Below, piece after piece: positions 13,021 to 26,970 of a stretch of DNA of 64,000 bases; the stretch's first letter is position 1; every line of letters begins with the position of its first letter. The translations under genes were made by a program, and so were the position numbers. Below the pieces are notes generated by a model. The model did not search any database, was not told where the DNA came from, and saw only the letters and a list, made by a program, of their open reading frames with translations. Origin of the DNA: the human T2T-CHM13v2.0 reference genome, Homo sapiens; assembly GCF_009914755.1 (NCBI RefSeq), contig NC_060932.1; one strand, 5' to 3'.

Positions 13021-14289
13021 AAGTTACAAGGCAGAGATAAGCTCCATGATTCTCAGTGAAGACTCTTACTGTGTAGGTGTAATAGTATGAGAAACACTTG
13101 GGAATAAAAACAGCATCCTTTTCAAAAATGAAATTAAATTTAGTTTGAAACTCTCCAAAAATCTTTTGGGAGGTAATTCACTCACCCATGTTTAAGACAC
13201 ACTTACCTGCACACAAAAAGGAAAAAACCCAACATGCGAATCTAGACCTAGCTAGGCCCTCAATGACATTGGAATATTTTTGTATTTAACATCCCAGCTA
13301 CCTTTTCTACTCCAGACTGCCCTCTTCCTTACCAGCCACCAGCCTTCCAAGCACCCTACTCTTGAACTACATCAAAACACTGGCCGTTCCTCAGCATGTC
13401 ACTCTGCCCACAGTGGAGGGAGACCTAGGACTGTGGATTAGGGCCCATCTTGTTCACCGGCTTGTTTATTCACTCAAGAATTTGTTAAAGTGCCCGTTTT
13501 CCAAAAATTGTGTGAGGTTCTCAGAATTCAACGGGATCTTTCTTAAGGAGGTTATAGTCTTTTGGGGAAGACATACATGAATAACTAATAGTTAGAGGAA
13601 TATGTGCAATTATAGGATGAATGAGGAGTGGTACTAATCTATTTGGGAGGGGAGCCTTCTTGGGGAAACTAAAAACTTCTGTATACCCAGGGAGAGGTAG
13701 CATTCTGGCCAGAGGAGAGAGTATTTATTTTGTAACTCAATCACAATCAGGAATTTGAACCTTTATTGTTAGGTTTTTTTGTTTGTTTTTTGGTTTTTTT
13801 GTTTTGTTTTTAATGTGAAAGGCTAAAATTCCTCTCCTGCTTGGATACTATGGTTTGGTGCCATAACACATAAATTTTCTTACAATAAGAATTTCAGCTT
13901 TCTAGAATTTTGGGAAGCTGAAGGTGTAGATATTGCTCAGGGATCCCAGACACTGACTTGCTTTCTCCCCGTGTCTGAAGAAGGAACTTTATTGATGCTG
14001 AGCCTGCTTCAAAAGCCAGTAGAGTCCAGAGTGCTTGCTCTGGGAGTATAAGGTTTTTCGAGAGAGGGTATACACACTGACTACAAAAGGGCAGTGGCAT
14101 AGCAAGAACTGGGTTTTTGAAAACATGCAAGACAGAGAGTGGAAAACTGTGGCTCCCATCTGCACCAGTGAAGGACTCTAGATGGCCAGGGAAGCCATGC
14201 AAAGGGACATAGCATCTGCCCCTGCCCTGGGCTGCCATTTTGCTTCTGATACAATTTTGTATGGCTGATTAAATACGGACCTTAATTTA

Positions 14290-14293
<4 letters not shown>

Positions 14294-14328
<35 letters not shown>
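14294..14328. repeat. (TG)17 microsatellite
   Basis: Direct reading. Confidence 0.97.
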
Positions 14329-14331
<3 letters not shown>

Positions 14332-17300
14332 AATTTCTCCCACTAGCCCATCTGAAATGCTATACTTATTCAAGGAAAATAATGTGCATCTTGAGCTCTT
14401 GCACAGTTGCATTTCCTTGAACCAGCTTTTGCCTTTCACAAATTGGCCCCTAATCTCCATTTTCCTCTTCTATTAATTTCCTTTATATAGACTCTCGAAT
14501 ATGGCATGAACATTGACACTTCTGTGGTTTTTCTCATGGTGTTTTATCTTCCTGGAAAACCCTTTCCTTTATTTCTACCAAAGAATATTCTATATTTTAA
14601 CTTTTGAGACCTCGTTTAAATGTCATTTCTTCTATCAGGTTTAAGGCATCTTTAGGCAGAAAATAATCTCTCCTATGGTCATATAACATTCTATTACTAT
14701 TACTACTATACTCATTACTATTTCTAGAAATAGTAAACTCTTCAGGCTGTGTTCATGCTGGCGGTATATACACAGTGCTCGCTCAAACTCTCCCCCCTCA
14801 CTCCCACCTTCCTCCCTTGCTGGATTGTTAATTTCTGAACTGTGTTACTTATAATTTACAAAACAGCATTTGGCATATGGCCTGTCCTATAGGAAATCCT
14901 CAACAATTTTTCATGTTTCTAAAGGCATGAATGCATGCAGGCATGAATGAAGCAAGACACTGTAGAAGGGGATATGGCAATGTGAATTTGTAATTGGGCA
15001 TATCAGCTGTCTTTTAAAAAATGAGAAAATTATAAACAACCAATATAGAAAATTACCTGAGAGTTGCTTGCTTTATAGAGTTCAAATCCAAAAAGTTTCA
15101 ATGGTCAATAATGGAGGGGCCCGAAGAGGAAGATTAAAAAAAAAAAAAAGCAAGATACTTGTACCATAATCCCCACTGAAGATCTTGTAGGGAACACTAA
15201 CATTTATTCTACATCTTATTCCATGTAGGTTTTTCAGTATATTGAGCAAATGGGGACACACATGGCAGAATACAAGGCACAACTAACAGTAAATTCTTGG
15301 ATTGCAAGGTCTCGCTAATTTTAGAATAACAAAAACTTCCCAAAGCAGCTTGCTATTATGTTCTGAGTCACTGCTTAATGCCTTAGCCAATTCTGTGCTG
15401 ATAATAACAGCTGACATTTATGGAGCACTTAAGCCTTCTAGACATGTGTGACTCACCCAAGCTGCACAAACTGTAAACAGTAGGCACCGAGACTGAAGCT
15501 TCGGGTTCTCTCCAGTAGACTCCAATGTCTGTACTCTTAACCATTTTGCTATATCTTTGGCATCTGGCTCAGAAGTCAAGAAATTAGGGTGTTCCTAAGA
15601 GTTTTAAGGGTGATGACACAGTGGAATTAAGTATTAGTATAAGTATTATTTGTGTAAAGGAAGTAGCTGAACTTTGTATTACTTGTCTGTAAGGATAAAG
15701 GCAGTTAAATAACCATAGTAATTTTCCTTCATTTTGTGTCTCAAGACGTAGCATTTAGACATTACACAGACACATCCTGGCTTGGTAGAAGGACCACAGA
15801 GTACAAGCCTGAAGGCCAGTCTGTGAGCTTCAGTTCCGCTACTTCTGAGGCAGCTTGCTTAATTTTGTTGAGCCTTTGTTTTTTCATCCACGAAATGGGG
15901 ATAATATCTGACCTCCTTCCTACTACAGTAAAGGAAAGTCATGGAGCATAAAACCTCATATAAATGTTAATTATGACTTTCATCTACAGTATCTTATTTT
16001 TAGTTACTTTAAAATTCTATGCTTAATTAAGTGGGAAATGTGCCTGACTCTTATTAATAAATGTTTAAGCAGTTAATTTTTTAAAAAGATCAGATTTTCT
16101 CTATGATCAGACATTTCCCTGGCAGAGATTTTGGGCAACTAATAACTTTATCACACTATACCTGCATTCAGTTTGGATTTCAAGTCAACAAAGGATTAAA
16201 GAGCTTTGAGGCCATGCTAAACTTCCCCTGCTTCCCAAACTCTAGTATGTGTTTTTAAGCAGAATCACATAAAATATTAAATACTGCTTTTGGCTATGGT
16301 TATTCAAAGGTGGAATTTGATGAAAAATAATCTAAAAAGCAAAACAATTTAAGGGAAGGAAAAGTAAGACCAAAATAAGATATTAAAGAAAAAGGTGCTC
16401 TGTATCTGACTGAGATGTGGTGTGAAGTTTCAAAGTCATCACATAAAGCAACCTTACTGCAATATTATTCATAGCAATTAACAGTTAACCCAAGATAGGA
16501 CCCCTGCTTATTTTAATCTTCCTTTATTAGGATTGGAAGCTAATTCTGCTTTTCTTTTTAAAATCACTGATAGATTTCAATAAAAGAAACATCACTCTAC
16601 ATTTGTCTTGACAGTGAGGTAAATCTATAAATTAAGGCAAAGGGTAAAAAAGAAGAAAACATTCAAGAATTCAAGAATCCCATGTTAGGATTTTTGATGA
16701 AACGTTATCTGCTAATCACAGGAAAAGCAAACCTGAATCTACGAGTGTTCCTACAGGCGGGGGATGTGGGTAGGCGCCCTCAGTTATTTTCTCTTTCATT
16801 TAAAAGTGGGAATTGTGCAAGGTATTCCCTACTGTGATGCCTCACACTGGGGTCTGAAATAAATCTGCTCTCATATTGAGAGACATGCTATTTGCTGTTG
16901 AGAAACCCAATATGCAGACAGCCATGGAGGTGCTTCTGGCAGGAGCCTTTGTTTGTATTATCACCATGTGAGAAAGAAAAGCTAATGTGTTTGATCCAAA
17001 AATAGCCCCTTCTGAGGCTTTTTTTCTCTAACACGATCTACTCTATAGGTATTACCAGAAGAAGAAGTAAATTTGGGCAACTCTTGAAAGACTCTCTTAC
17101 CAAGGATGGCACACTCTTTCTTGCCTCCTACAGCTAAGAATAATGGACTTCTGTTTTTTCAGAATTAATTATCAACTATATACCAGCAGGAGGTCAATAT
17201 TCAAAGCTTAAACCAAACAGTTAACAAATATTTTTCACTGAGAGATGCTAACTTATACAACCCAGTAAATAGTATATAAAGGGCAATTGTTTTCATCTGC

Positions 17301-18267
17301 TCCCTCTACTAAACTAATGTGAGATTCTGCTGGGAGCATTCAATGGAGACAGCAAGTATTCCAGTTTATTACATGTAGTTGGCTGCCTTCCCATAGGGTT
17401 ATTTTTATAAATTATACATCACTCCCCTTCTAGAGTAATAATCCTTTAACAGATGTGACCCCATATGTTAAATTAGAAATTTTAGAGATGCTAAGTGATG
17501 TGTTTTCTAGACATAACAGAAAACCCTTCAGTGCCAAAGCAGTCCGCAGCCTCACCAACAGCAGTGCCAGACACTGAATTTTATCCCCACGCACACGTTC
17601 CATGAGAGAATAGCCACCTTCCTCAAATGTTATTTTAGATAAAATTCTAATAATCTTGGTGTTCTGTTTCTCTAGCCCTTAAGTTATTATAGGTAACAAA
17701 CTAACAAGATGGAGTGAGGGTTGTTTGAAGCAGGTATATACTCAGCAGCGGATACAAGCTGACAGACTGAAAGTAAGAAAGTCAGAAACCAGAAATAAAC
17801 CTGAAATAAACCCAGCTCCAATAGCACTGCAACATGGGTTAAACTGTGTAGACATAAATGGTGCCAAACACTTTAACAGTCCCCAAAAGCATCACTGCAT
17901 GATACAGTAACTGATGTTCATTAAAATCAGAATTATAGTCTCCAGTCACCAGGGAATGTTAAATTATTTGCACAACACATTTTTTAAATGGGGAAATGAT
18001 TTTAAAATGCTTTAGAAAATATCACCCGAATTTATTAATTTTGCTTAAATGATGCTTAAAGTTATCTAACATCATCTTTAAATAATTGTTTCTATGAAAT
18101 ACTGATTTCCCAGTGATGTCAAATGAAATAATAATTTCTAAGCCCAGCTTGCATCAGTGTCTCCTGAAGGACCTGAAACAAAACAGATGTTCCCAAACCC
18201 CAATACCAAAAAAATTGCTACAGGTGATTTTGCTCTGCAACATCTCAGCTACATGTAAAGATTAGTA

Positions 18268-18603
18268 CAGGAATCCCCTTTTATCCACGGTTTTGCTTTT
18301 CACAGTGTCAGTTACAGATGGTCTACAATAGTCCCAAAATAGCTGAATACAATACAATAAGGTATTTTGAGAGGGAGACCACATTCATATAACTTTTATT
18401 ACAGTATATTGTTATAATGTTTCTATTTTATTATCAGTGATTGTTGTTAATCTCTTACTGTGACTAATTTATAGATTAAGTTTTGTCATAGTGTGTATGT
18501 ATAGGAAAAAATATAGTATATATAGGTTTGGTACTATTCATAGTTTTAGGTATCCACCAAGGGTTCTTGGAAAGTATCCCATATGGACAAGGAAGGACTA
18601 TTG
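18268..18603 (+). mobile_element. MER44A (Tigger7-derived) non-autonomous DNA transposon
   Basis: Full-length match to remembered MER44A body (gagaccacattcatataacttttattacagtatattgttataa), degenerate TIRs, TA on both sides. Confidence 0.85.
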
Positions 18604-19499
18604 TATATATTATATGAATGAATAATTTCAGTATTTTTAATCCTATGTCTGAACTATCTTATTTTTCATTTGATTGTTTAGATGTCAGCAGGATCTATGT
18701 TTGACCGATGTTTGTTCAGAACTGATATTGACTGGTTTTCACTATTATAACTTTTAAGAAATAAATTACATGGAATTCATATTTTTTAGATATCATCTGA
18801 GATTTCACCAAAACAGAGTGGATATCTTTAAACACAACTTGAAAATCACAATGAGAGAAACCCCAAGAGTGTCTTTAGAGTTTCTCCATATGCTATAAGA
18901 ATGAAAACCTGACATTACAAAATTGATTAATCTTGCTTTATAGTAGAGGTGGTAGGCATGACAGGATGACCACAAACTTTCAACAAATACCCAACTGTGA
19001 AGATCCTGGTCTCTGGGGAGTAAGAAATAGTTAAGTTTACTTGAGCAATAGCAGGATGATGAAGTGACAAACTATTTCTGATGTATTACTCAATAGAGAA
19101 AATACATGTTTCAATGGGAGGTTTCTCATTACAGACAAATGAGATTATAGATCAGTAACAGGGATGTAAATCTATTATTTGATATATTGAAAAACAAAGC
19201 CATTGCCTTTCTGAAACAGAGGTAGTGAAAAATAACAATAAAGAGGAGGACATTATCTTCAAATACTAAGGTTGAGAGTAAACTTGGTAAAATTTCTAAA
19301 TATTTCCATATTATCTATGAAACGATGGCTTGTGAGAAACTGTATATCAGGTAATAAAGGTCAGTGATCTCTGAGAGATAGGGATCACATTCCTCAAACC
19401 AGTGATAAAATAAGGATCATAAAAGCAGACAGAGAGAATAGACATGTCACACACAGGGAAATAAAAATAAGAATGGCCTGGATGCACCATCAGGAAGCC

Positions 19500-20300
19500 C
19501 AATAATAAGCCTGCCCCACCTGCTGCCACTGGCACCTGCCATTCAGGGGCCTAAAAACAGGGCCACCTGGTTTACTGCCATAGCTGTTGGCACCTAAGCA
19601 TATCATCTGGAAGCCTGGGAATCGGCCCACTCAGCCTGTCACTGCAGGCACCCATGCATGCTGTCTGGGGATCTGAAGATAGATCCACCCCACCCACCCC
19701 CACTGTCACTGATGCCCCAGTGTGCCATCTGGATGTGTAAGGATTGCCCCGTGCCCCACCCCTCAATGCAGCCTGCACTCATGTGCACTGTCAGGCAGTG
19801 TGAGAACAAGTGTGTCCTACCTGGTACCACTCCTGCTACTCCCTGTGCATGTTGTCTGGGAACCTGGAGATTGGTTCACCTGGCCCGCCACCACCAATGC
19901 TTACACACGTGTTCCAGGGGCCTAGGGATTGACCCACCCCATCTGCCACCACTGGCACCTGTGCATGCCTTCCAGGGGCCTGAGGATGGGCCCAGCCAGC
20001 CTGCCACCTCTACTGCAAGCAACCACTTGTACACCCTACCTGGGGACCTAGGTACCTGCACACGACACTTGAGAGCCTGAGGGTTGGCCTGCTACTGCTA
20101 CTGCCATGGCCAATACCACACATGCTGCCTAGGTGCCTGAGGACCTGCCTGCCCACTGCAGCCACTGCTGGTAACCAAGTAAGCCTTCTGAAGGCCCAAA
20201 GGTCTGCTCTCCTGGACCCACTACCATCAGTGCCCATGTACACTGCCTAGGGGCCCACAGACGGGCATGCCCAAGGACCAGCCCACCTGGCATCCCAGTC
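19500..20300 (+). repeat. Degenerate tandem array of about 13 GC-rich ~55-65 bp monomers in the L1M 5'UTR
   Basis: Recurring unit ~(c/t)(a/g)ggggcctgaggat.ggccca...ctgccac...ggcacc..tgcatgc. Confidence 0.75.
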
Positions 20301-20965
20301 CCCAGCAGAGCCTCACCACAGCCTCCACTAAAATTCACAGCTAAACCACTGAGGAAATCACAGACACCACTGATGCCGAACACAGCCAAGGAAATCATAC
20401 TGAGACTACACTACTGCGCCAGCCCAGAATCAAAGACAAAGTGCTCTACACAACCAGCATTATAGATACTTCTACAGCAAAAAAGTCTTTCCTATGAAAG
20501 CCAATTCACAAAATTGGAAGAAGTGACTGTTATACCAAATGTGCAGATATCAAAGGTAAGGACAAATGAAGACAAAAAAAGGAAGAAGACATGACACTTC
20601 CAAGGGAACGCAATAATTTTCCAGCAACAGCTTCTGATGAAAAGGAAATTATGAAATATCAGAAAAAGAATCAGAATAATAATACTAAAGAAACTCAGTG
20701 AGATATATGAGAACAGAGATAAATGACACAAAAAAATTAAGAAAATAATTTATGATCTGAAAGAAAAATTCAATAGAGAGATAGATACCATTTAAAAGAA
20801 CTCAACCGGGAACTAAAGAATTCAATGAGTGAAATCAAAAATAAAATCAAGACCATCACCATCAACAATAGACTAGATTGAATAGAAGGAAAAATTTCAG
20901 AACCAGAAGATAGATCACTTGAAATAATCCAGTCAGGAAAAAAAAAAAAAAAAAAACAATGAAGG

Positions 20966-21118
20966 GGCCTGGCATGGTCAGGCATGGTGGCTCATGTCTG
21001 TAATCCCAGCACTTTGGGAGGCTGAGGCATATGCATCGCTTGAGCTCAGGAGTTCAAGATCAGTGTGGGCAACATGGCAAGACCCTGTCTCAAGAAAAGA
21101 AAGGAAAGAAAAGAAAAG
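20966..21118 (+). mobile_element. FLAM/AluJ left monomer inserted in L1 ORF1
   Basis: ggcatggtggctcatgtctgtaatcccagcactttgggagg...gaccctgtctc followed by a (GAAAA)n tail. Confidence 0.88.
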
Positions 21119-22955
21119 ATTATTACATAATATATGTGACACCATAAATCAACCAAATAACCAAATGTCCTAATTTATGGATATGAACAGAGGCAAAGAA
21201 AACTTATTTAATGAAATAATAGCTTTCAAACTTCTCAAAGCTTGCAAGAAATATAGACATCCAAATATGAGAAGCTCAAAGATCCCCAAATAAATTGAAA
21301 CAAAATGGTCTTCTCCAAGTTACATTACAGTAAAACTGTCAAAAGTGAAAGACAAAGAGAAAATTATAAAAACAGCAAAAGAATCAAGTTATTTAAAATG
21401 GAATTCCCATTAGAATAACAGCATATTTCTCAGCAGAAATCTTTCAGGCCAGAAGAGAATAAAATGACATTTTCAAAGAGCTGAAAGAAAAAAAATTGCC
21501 AGCTAAGATACCAGATCCAGCAAAGCTATCCTTCAAAAATGAAGGAGGAATAAAGTCTTTCTTAAGCAAAAACTGACAGAATTTATCACCACTAAGCCAG
21601 CCCTACAAGAAATGCTTAAGAGGGTCCTATATCTGGAAGGAAAAGGACAATATCTGCCACCATGAAAACACACCAAAGTATAAACAAAGTATAAAACTCA
21701 CTAGTAGAGCAGACAGACAAATGAGAAAACAAGAGTCAAATGTTACCAGTACAGAAAACTACCAAACTGCATGATAAACAACAGACGATAAAGGAGCAAA
21801 AAATATACAACAACAACAAAAGGAAAACAAGAAAACAATTAACAAAATGACAGGAATAAGTCCTCACCTATCAATAGTAACCTTGAATATAAACAAATTA
21901 AATTCTTACTTAAAAGATATAATCTGGATAAACTGATAAAAACACATACCACAACTATATTCTGCCTACAAGAAACTCATTTCACCTGAAACACATATAA
22001 ACTAAAAGCAAAAAGACAGAAAAAGATATGCAGGCAAATAGAAAGACAGAAAAAGATATGCAGGCAAATACAAACCAAAAGTGAGCAGGAGTAGCTATTT
22101 TATTATCAGATAAAACAAACTTCACATGAAAAACTATAAAAAAGAAACAAAGAAGGTCATTATATAATGATAAAGGGATCAATTCTTCAAGAGGACATAA
22201 TTCCACATATATATGCATCCAGATATATAAAGCAAATATTATTATCTCTAAAGGAAGAGACAGACTCTAATACAATAATAGTTGGCAAGTTCAACACCCC
22301 ACTCTGAGTATTGGACAGATCAGCTAGACAGAAAACCAACAAAATAAACACTGGATTTAAACTGCACTTTTAGACCAAATGGACTTAACAGACATTTACA
22401 GAGCATCATATCCAACAGCTACGGAGTACACACTCTTCTTCTTGTCAGCACTTGGAACATTCTCCAGGTAGACCATATGTTAGGCCACAGAACATGTCTT
22501 GACAAATTTTAAAAAATTGAAATCATATCAGGTATCTTCCAGAACACAATGAAATAAAACTAAAAATGCAGTAAGGAGAGAAACTTCGGAAATTTTACAA
22601 ATACATGAAAATTAAACAACATGCTCCTGAATGGCCACTGAGTCAATGAAAAAATTAAGAAGGAAATTTTTAAAAAACTACTTGAAGCAATCAAAATAGA
22701 AACACAACATACCAAAACCCATGAGATACAGTAGTGCTAAGAAGGAAGTTTATAAGCACTAAACACCTACAACAAAAATGTAGAAAGATTTCAAATAAAC
22801 AACCTAATGACATGCCTCAAAGAACTAGAAGATCAAGAAAAAGCCAAACCTAAAACTAGTAGAAAGAAACAAACAATAAAGATCAGAGAAAAACTAAACA
22901 AAATAGGGACTAAAAAAAAATTACAAAAGTTCAATGAAATGAAAAGTTGGTTTTT

Positions 22956-23235
22956 CAAGGACAAAAAACCAAACAACACATGTTCTCATTCATAGATGGG
23001 AATTGAACAATGAGAACACTTGGACACAGGAAGGGGAACATCACACACCGGGGCCTGTTGTGGGGTCGGGGGAGTGAGGAGGGATAGCATTAGGAGATAT
23101 ACCTAGTGTAAATGACGAGTTAATGGGTGCAGCACAGCAACACGGCACATGTATACATATGTAACAAACCTGCACGTTGTGCACATGTACCCTAGAACTT
23201 AAAGTATATTAAAAAAGTCAAAAAAAAAAAAGAAA
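22956..23235 (+). mobile_element. 5'-truncated L1PA 3' end (L1PA4/5-like) nested in the older L1 ORF2
   Basis: L1PA 3'UTR and A-tail. The host ORF2 resumes at gaaaagaaaaacaaaattgataaa. Confidence 0.92.
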
Positions 23236-24410
23236 AGAAAAACAAAATTGATAAAATACTAGCTAGAATGACTAAGAAAAAAAAGGAGAGAAGACCCAAA
23301 TAAATAAAATCAGAAATAAAAATGAGACATTTTAACTGATGCCACAGAACTACGAAGGATCATCAGAGACTATTATGAACAATCATACACTAACAAATTG
23401 AAAACCCTAGAGGAAATGGATAAATTCCTAAACACATACAACCACCAAGATTGAACTAGGAAGAAACAGAAACCCTGAACAGATCAATAACAAGTAATGA
23501 GACTGAATCAGAAATCTCCCAACAAAGAAAAGCCTAGGACCACATAGCATTACTGTTGAATTTCACCAAACTTTTAAAGAACTAACACCAATTCTCAAAC
23601 TATTCCAAAAAATTGAAGAGAAGGGAATTCTTCCTAGCTCATTCTACCAGGACAGCATTGCCCTGATACTAAAGCCAAACAGGACACAACAACGACAACA
23701 AGAACAACAAAAAAATACACACTGATATTCCTGATACGAAAATCCCTAATAAAATATTAGCAAAGTGAATCCAACAACCCATCTAAAAAATAACAGACCA
23801 TGATCAAGTGTGATTTATCCCATGAATGCAAGGATGGTTCAACATATGAAAATAAAAAAAAATACATCGATAGGACAAAAACCATATGATCATCTCAATA
23901 GTTGCAGAAAACGCATTTGATAAAATACAACACACTTCTGAACAAATTAGGCATAGAAGGAATATACCTCAACATAATAAAGGCCATGTATGACAAACCC
24001 ACAGCTAACATCACAGTGAGTGGAGAAAAGCAGAAAGCCTTTCCTCTAAGAACTGAAATAAGAAAAAGGTGTTTACTTTCACTGCTCTTGTTTAACATAG
24101 TATTGGAGGTCCAAGCCAGAGCAAAAGGGCAAGAAAAAGAAATAAAAGTCACCCAAATTGGAAAAGAGGAAGTCAAATTGTCCTGTTTGCAGAAAACATG
24201 ATCTTATATAGAAAAAAATCTAAAGACTCTACCAGAAAACTTTTAGACTTGATAAACAAATTCAGTAAAGTTACAGGATACAAAATCAATATGCAAAAAT
24301 CAGTAGCATTTCTATACACCATAGCAAACAAGCTGAAAAGAAATCAAGAAAGTAATCCTGTTTATAATAGCTACAAAAAAAACCTAAGAATAAATTTAGC
24401 CAAGAAGGTA

Positions 24411-26600
24411 AAAGAGGAAAATTGGAACAAAGAAGAAATATGAAAAATAGAAAACATACAGCAAGATAATAGATCTAAATCTAATCATAGCAATAATCAC
24501 ATTAAATATAAATACTCCCAATTAAATGCCAAACAATTTCAGCTTGGATAAAAAAGTAAGAGCCAGCTATGTGGTAACTCAATAAATACACTTCAAATAT
24601 AAAGACAAATACGTTAAAAGCAAATGAGTAGAAAATGGCATATCATTCTAATAAAAAGGACAATAAAAAAGAGCTGAAGTGCCTGCCTGTGTGAATATCA
24701 AAGCAGATTTCAGACCAAAGAATATTCTCAATGATAAAGGGGATTATTTCATAACGATAAATAAATCAATTCATTAAGAGAACATAATAATCTAAATGTT
24801 CATTCCCCTAGTTACAGAACTTTAAAATCCATGAAACAAAACCTGACAGAACTTTAAAGAGAATAGAAAAATCCACAATTCCATCAGAGGCTTTGGTAGC
24901 CCTCCATCAGTAATTAATAGGACAAGCAGAGAGAACATCAGCAAGGATATAGAAGATTTGAACAGTGGTATGAAGCAACTTGACCTAAATGACTTTTCTA
25001 GACTCCCTGCAACAATAGTAAAATACACACCTTTGTAAGTGGGAGGCTGAGGCAGGTGGATCACGAGGTCAGGAGCTCAAGACCAGCCTGGCCAACATCG
25101 TGAAACCTCGTCTCTACTAAAAATACAAAAATTAGCCAGGCGTGGTGGCGGGTGCCTGTAATCCCAGCTACTCAGGAGGCTGAAGCAGAGAATTGCTTGA
25201 ACCCAGGAGGCGGAGGTTGCAGTGAGCCAAGATTGCGCCAGTGCACTCCAGCCTGGGTGACAGAGTGAGACTCCATCTCAAAAAAAGAGAGAGAGAGAAA
25301 AAAAAAAAACCTCAAAAAGGAACAGCAAATTAAACCTAAAATAAGTGGAAGAAAGGAAATAATAAAGATCAAGGTACATATTGATAATTTAGAAAGCAAG
25401 AAAATACCAGAGGAAGATAATAAAAATAAAGCTGATTTTGAGAGAAGTTAACTAAAATTGATACTCCACCAGACCGATCAAGAAAAAGAGAGAAGACACA
25501 AATAAACATAAATAGCCAACATCATGAATGAGTCAGGTGATATCATTACAGATTCTATAATTATTAAACAATAAATATTATAAACAATGTTATGTCAATT
25601 AACTCAACAAATTAGATGAAATGAACACAATTCTTGAAAGACACAAACTACCCAAGGTTACTTAAGAATAAACAAATAACCTGAATATCTTGTATCAGTC
25701 AAATAAATAAAGCTTATGGTTAAAAACTTTCCAAACACAAAATACTAGGCCCAGTCACCTTCACTAGTGAATTCTATCAAATATGTAATAAAGAAATCAT
25801 ACATAAATTCTTAAAGAGAAGGGGTTGTTTCCCAACTCCTTCTGTGGGGTCTGCATTATTATGAAACCAAAATCAGAAAAAGATACTACATGAAAAGAAA
25901 ACTACTAACTGGTATCCCTCATGAACACAGATGTAAAAAACTTCTTATCAAAATGTTAGCAAATCAAATCCAACAAGATATATAAGGAATAATGCATCAT
26001 GAGTTTTATCTCAGAAATGTATTAATGTATAGTTGTTTTAACATCTAGAATTAATCAGTGCAATTTATATTATACACAAAAATGAAAAAAATATGATCAT
26101 TTCATTAGACAATAGAACAGCCTTTGACTAAATCTAAAACCAATTCCTGAAAAAAAACTTTAAGCAGTGTAGACATAGGAAACTTTCTCAATCTGAGAAT
26201 GAGCATCTATGAAAAATCTAAAGCTAACAATACTAAACGGTAACAGACTGAATTCTACCCTCTCCTGCCCCCAAGATCAAGAAAAAGACAAAGATGTCCA
26301 TGCATAACTTCTTGGCATTTTACTGGAGGTTCCAGCCACTGAATCTGGGAAATGTAAACTAATGCGTAGGGACCTTAAGTGGATCAGTGGCTGCCTGGGG
26401 TTGGGGAGGGGCACAGAGGAAGAACATCCAGGAGAAGTCACAGAGCAGCACCAGGAAACTTGGGATCACTGGATATGGTCATTATCTTGATTTTGGTGAG
26501 GGTTTTACAGTTTCATACATGGCAAAACTTATCAAACTGTATGCTTTAGGTGAAGTCTATTGTATATTAACTATACCTCAGTGAAGTTGTTATAATAAAC
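24411..26600 (+). mobile_element. Second, older L1M (L1MC/MD-type): ORF2 5' part plus 3' end. Its ORF1 piece probably lies at ~19390-19477
   Basis: ORF2 restarts (aataatcacattaaatataaat), and a 3'-end motif is present (ggatatggtcattatcttgattttggtgagggtttt). Confidence 0.75.
25040..25309 (+). mobile_element. 5'-truncated AluSg-like element
   Basis: ggatcacgaggtcaggag diagnostic, dimer body, A/GA tail, no visible TSD. Confidence 0.92.
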
Positions 26601-26649
26601 ATATAAAAATATAACCACAATACTGTTACCATATCTAAAAAGAAATTCA

Positions 26650-26970
<321 letters not shown>

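Larger units (their letters stand above)
19478..24410 (+). mobile_element. Decayed L1M (L1M2/L1MA-type): repeat-containing 5'UTR, ORF1 (~20520-21660) and 5' half of ORF2 (from ~21847)
   Basis: ORF2 remnants such as [24 protein letters not shown] and [23 protein letters not shown]. Many stops and frameshifts. 30-bp tandem duplication at 22012-22070. Confidence 0.9.

Noticed and set aside
19500-20300. Repeat array considered as CRISPR-like or as a coding repeat (140-aa ORF)
   Set aside because: Whole units are degenerate with no repeat/spacer structure. The context is eukaryotic and it is contiguous with L1 ORF1.
22807-24443. ORFs with reverse-transcriptase-like peptides
   Set aside because: Fragments of a dead L1 ORF2 broken by stops and frameshifts.
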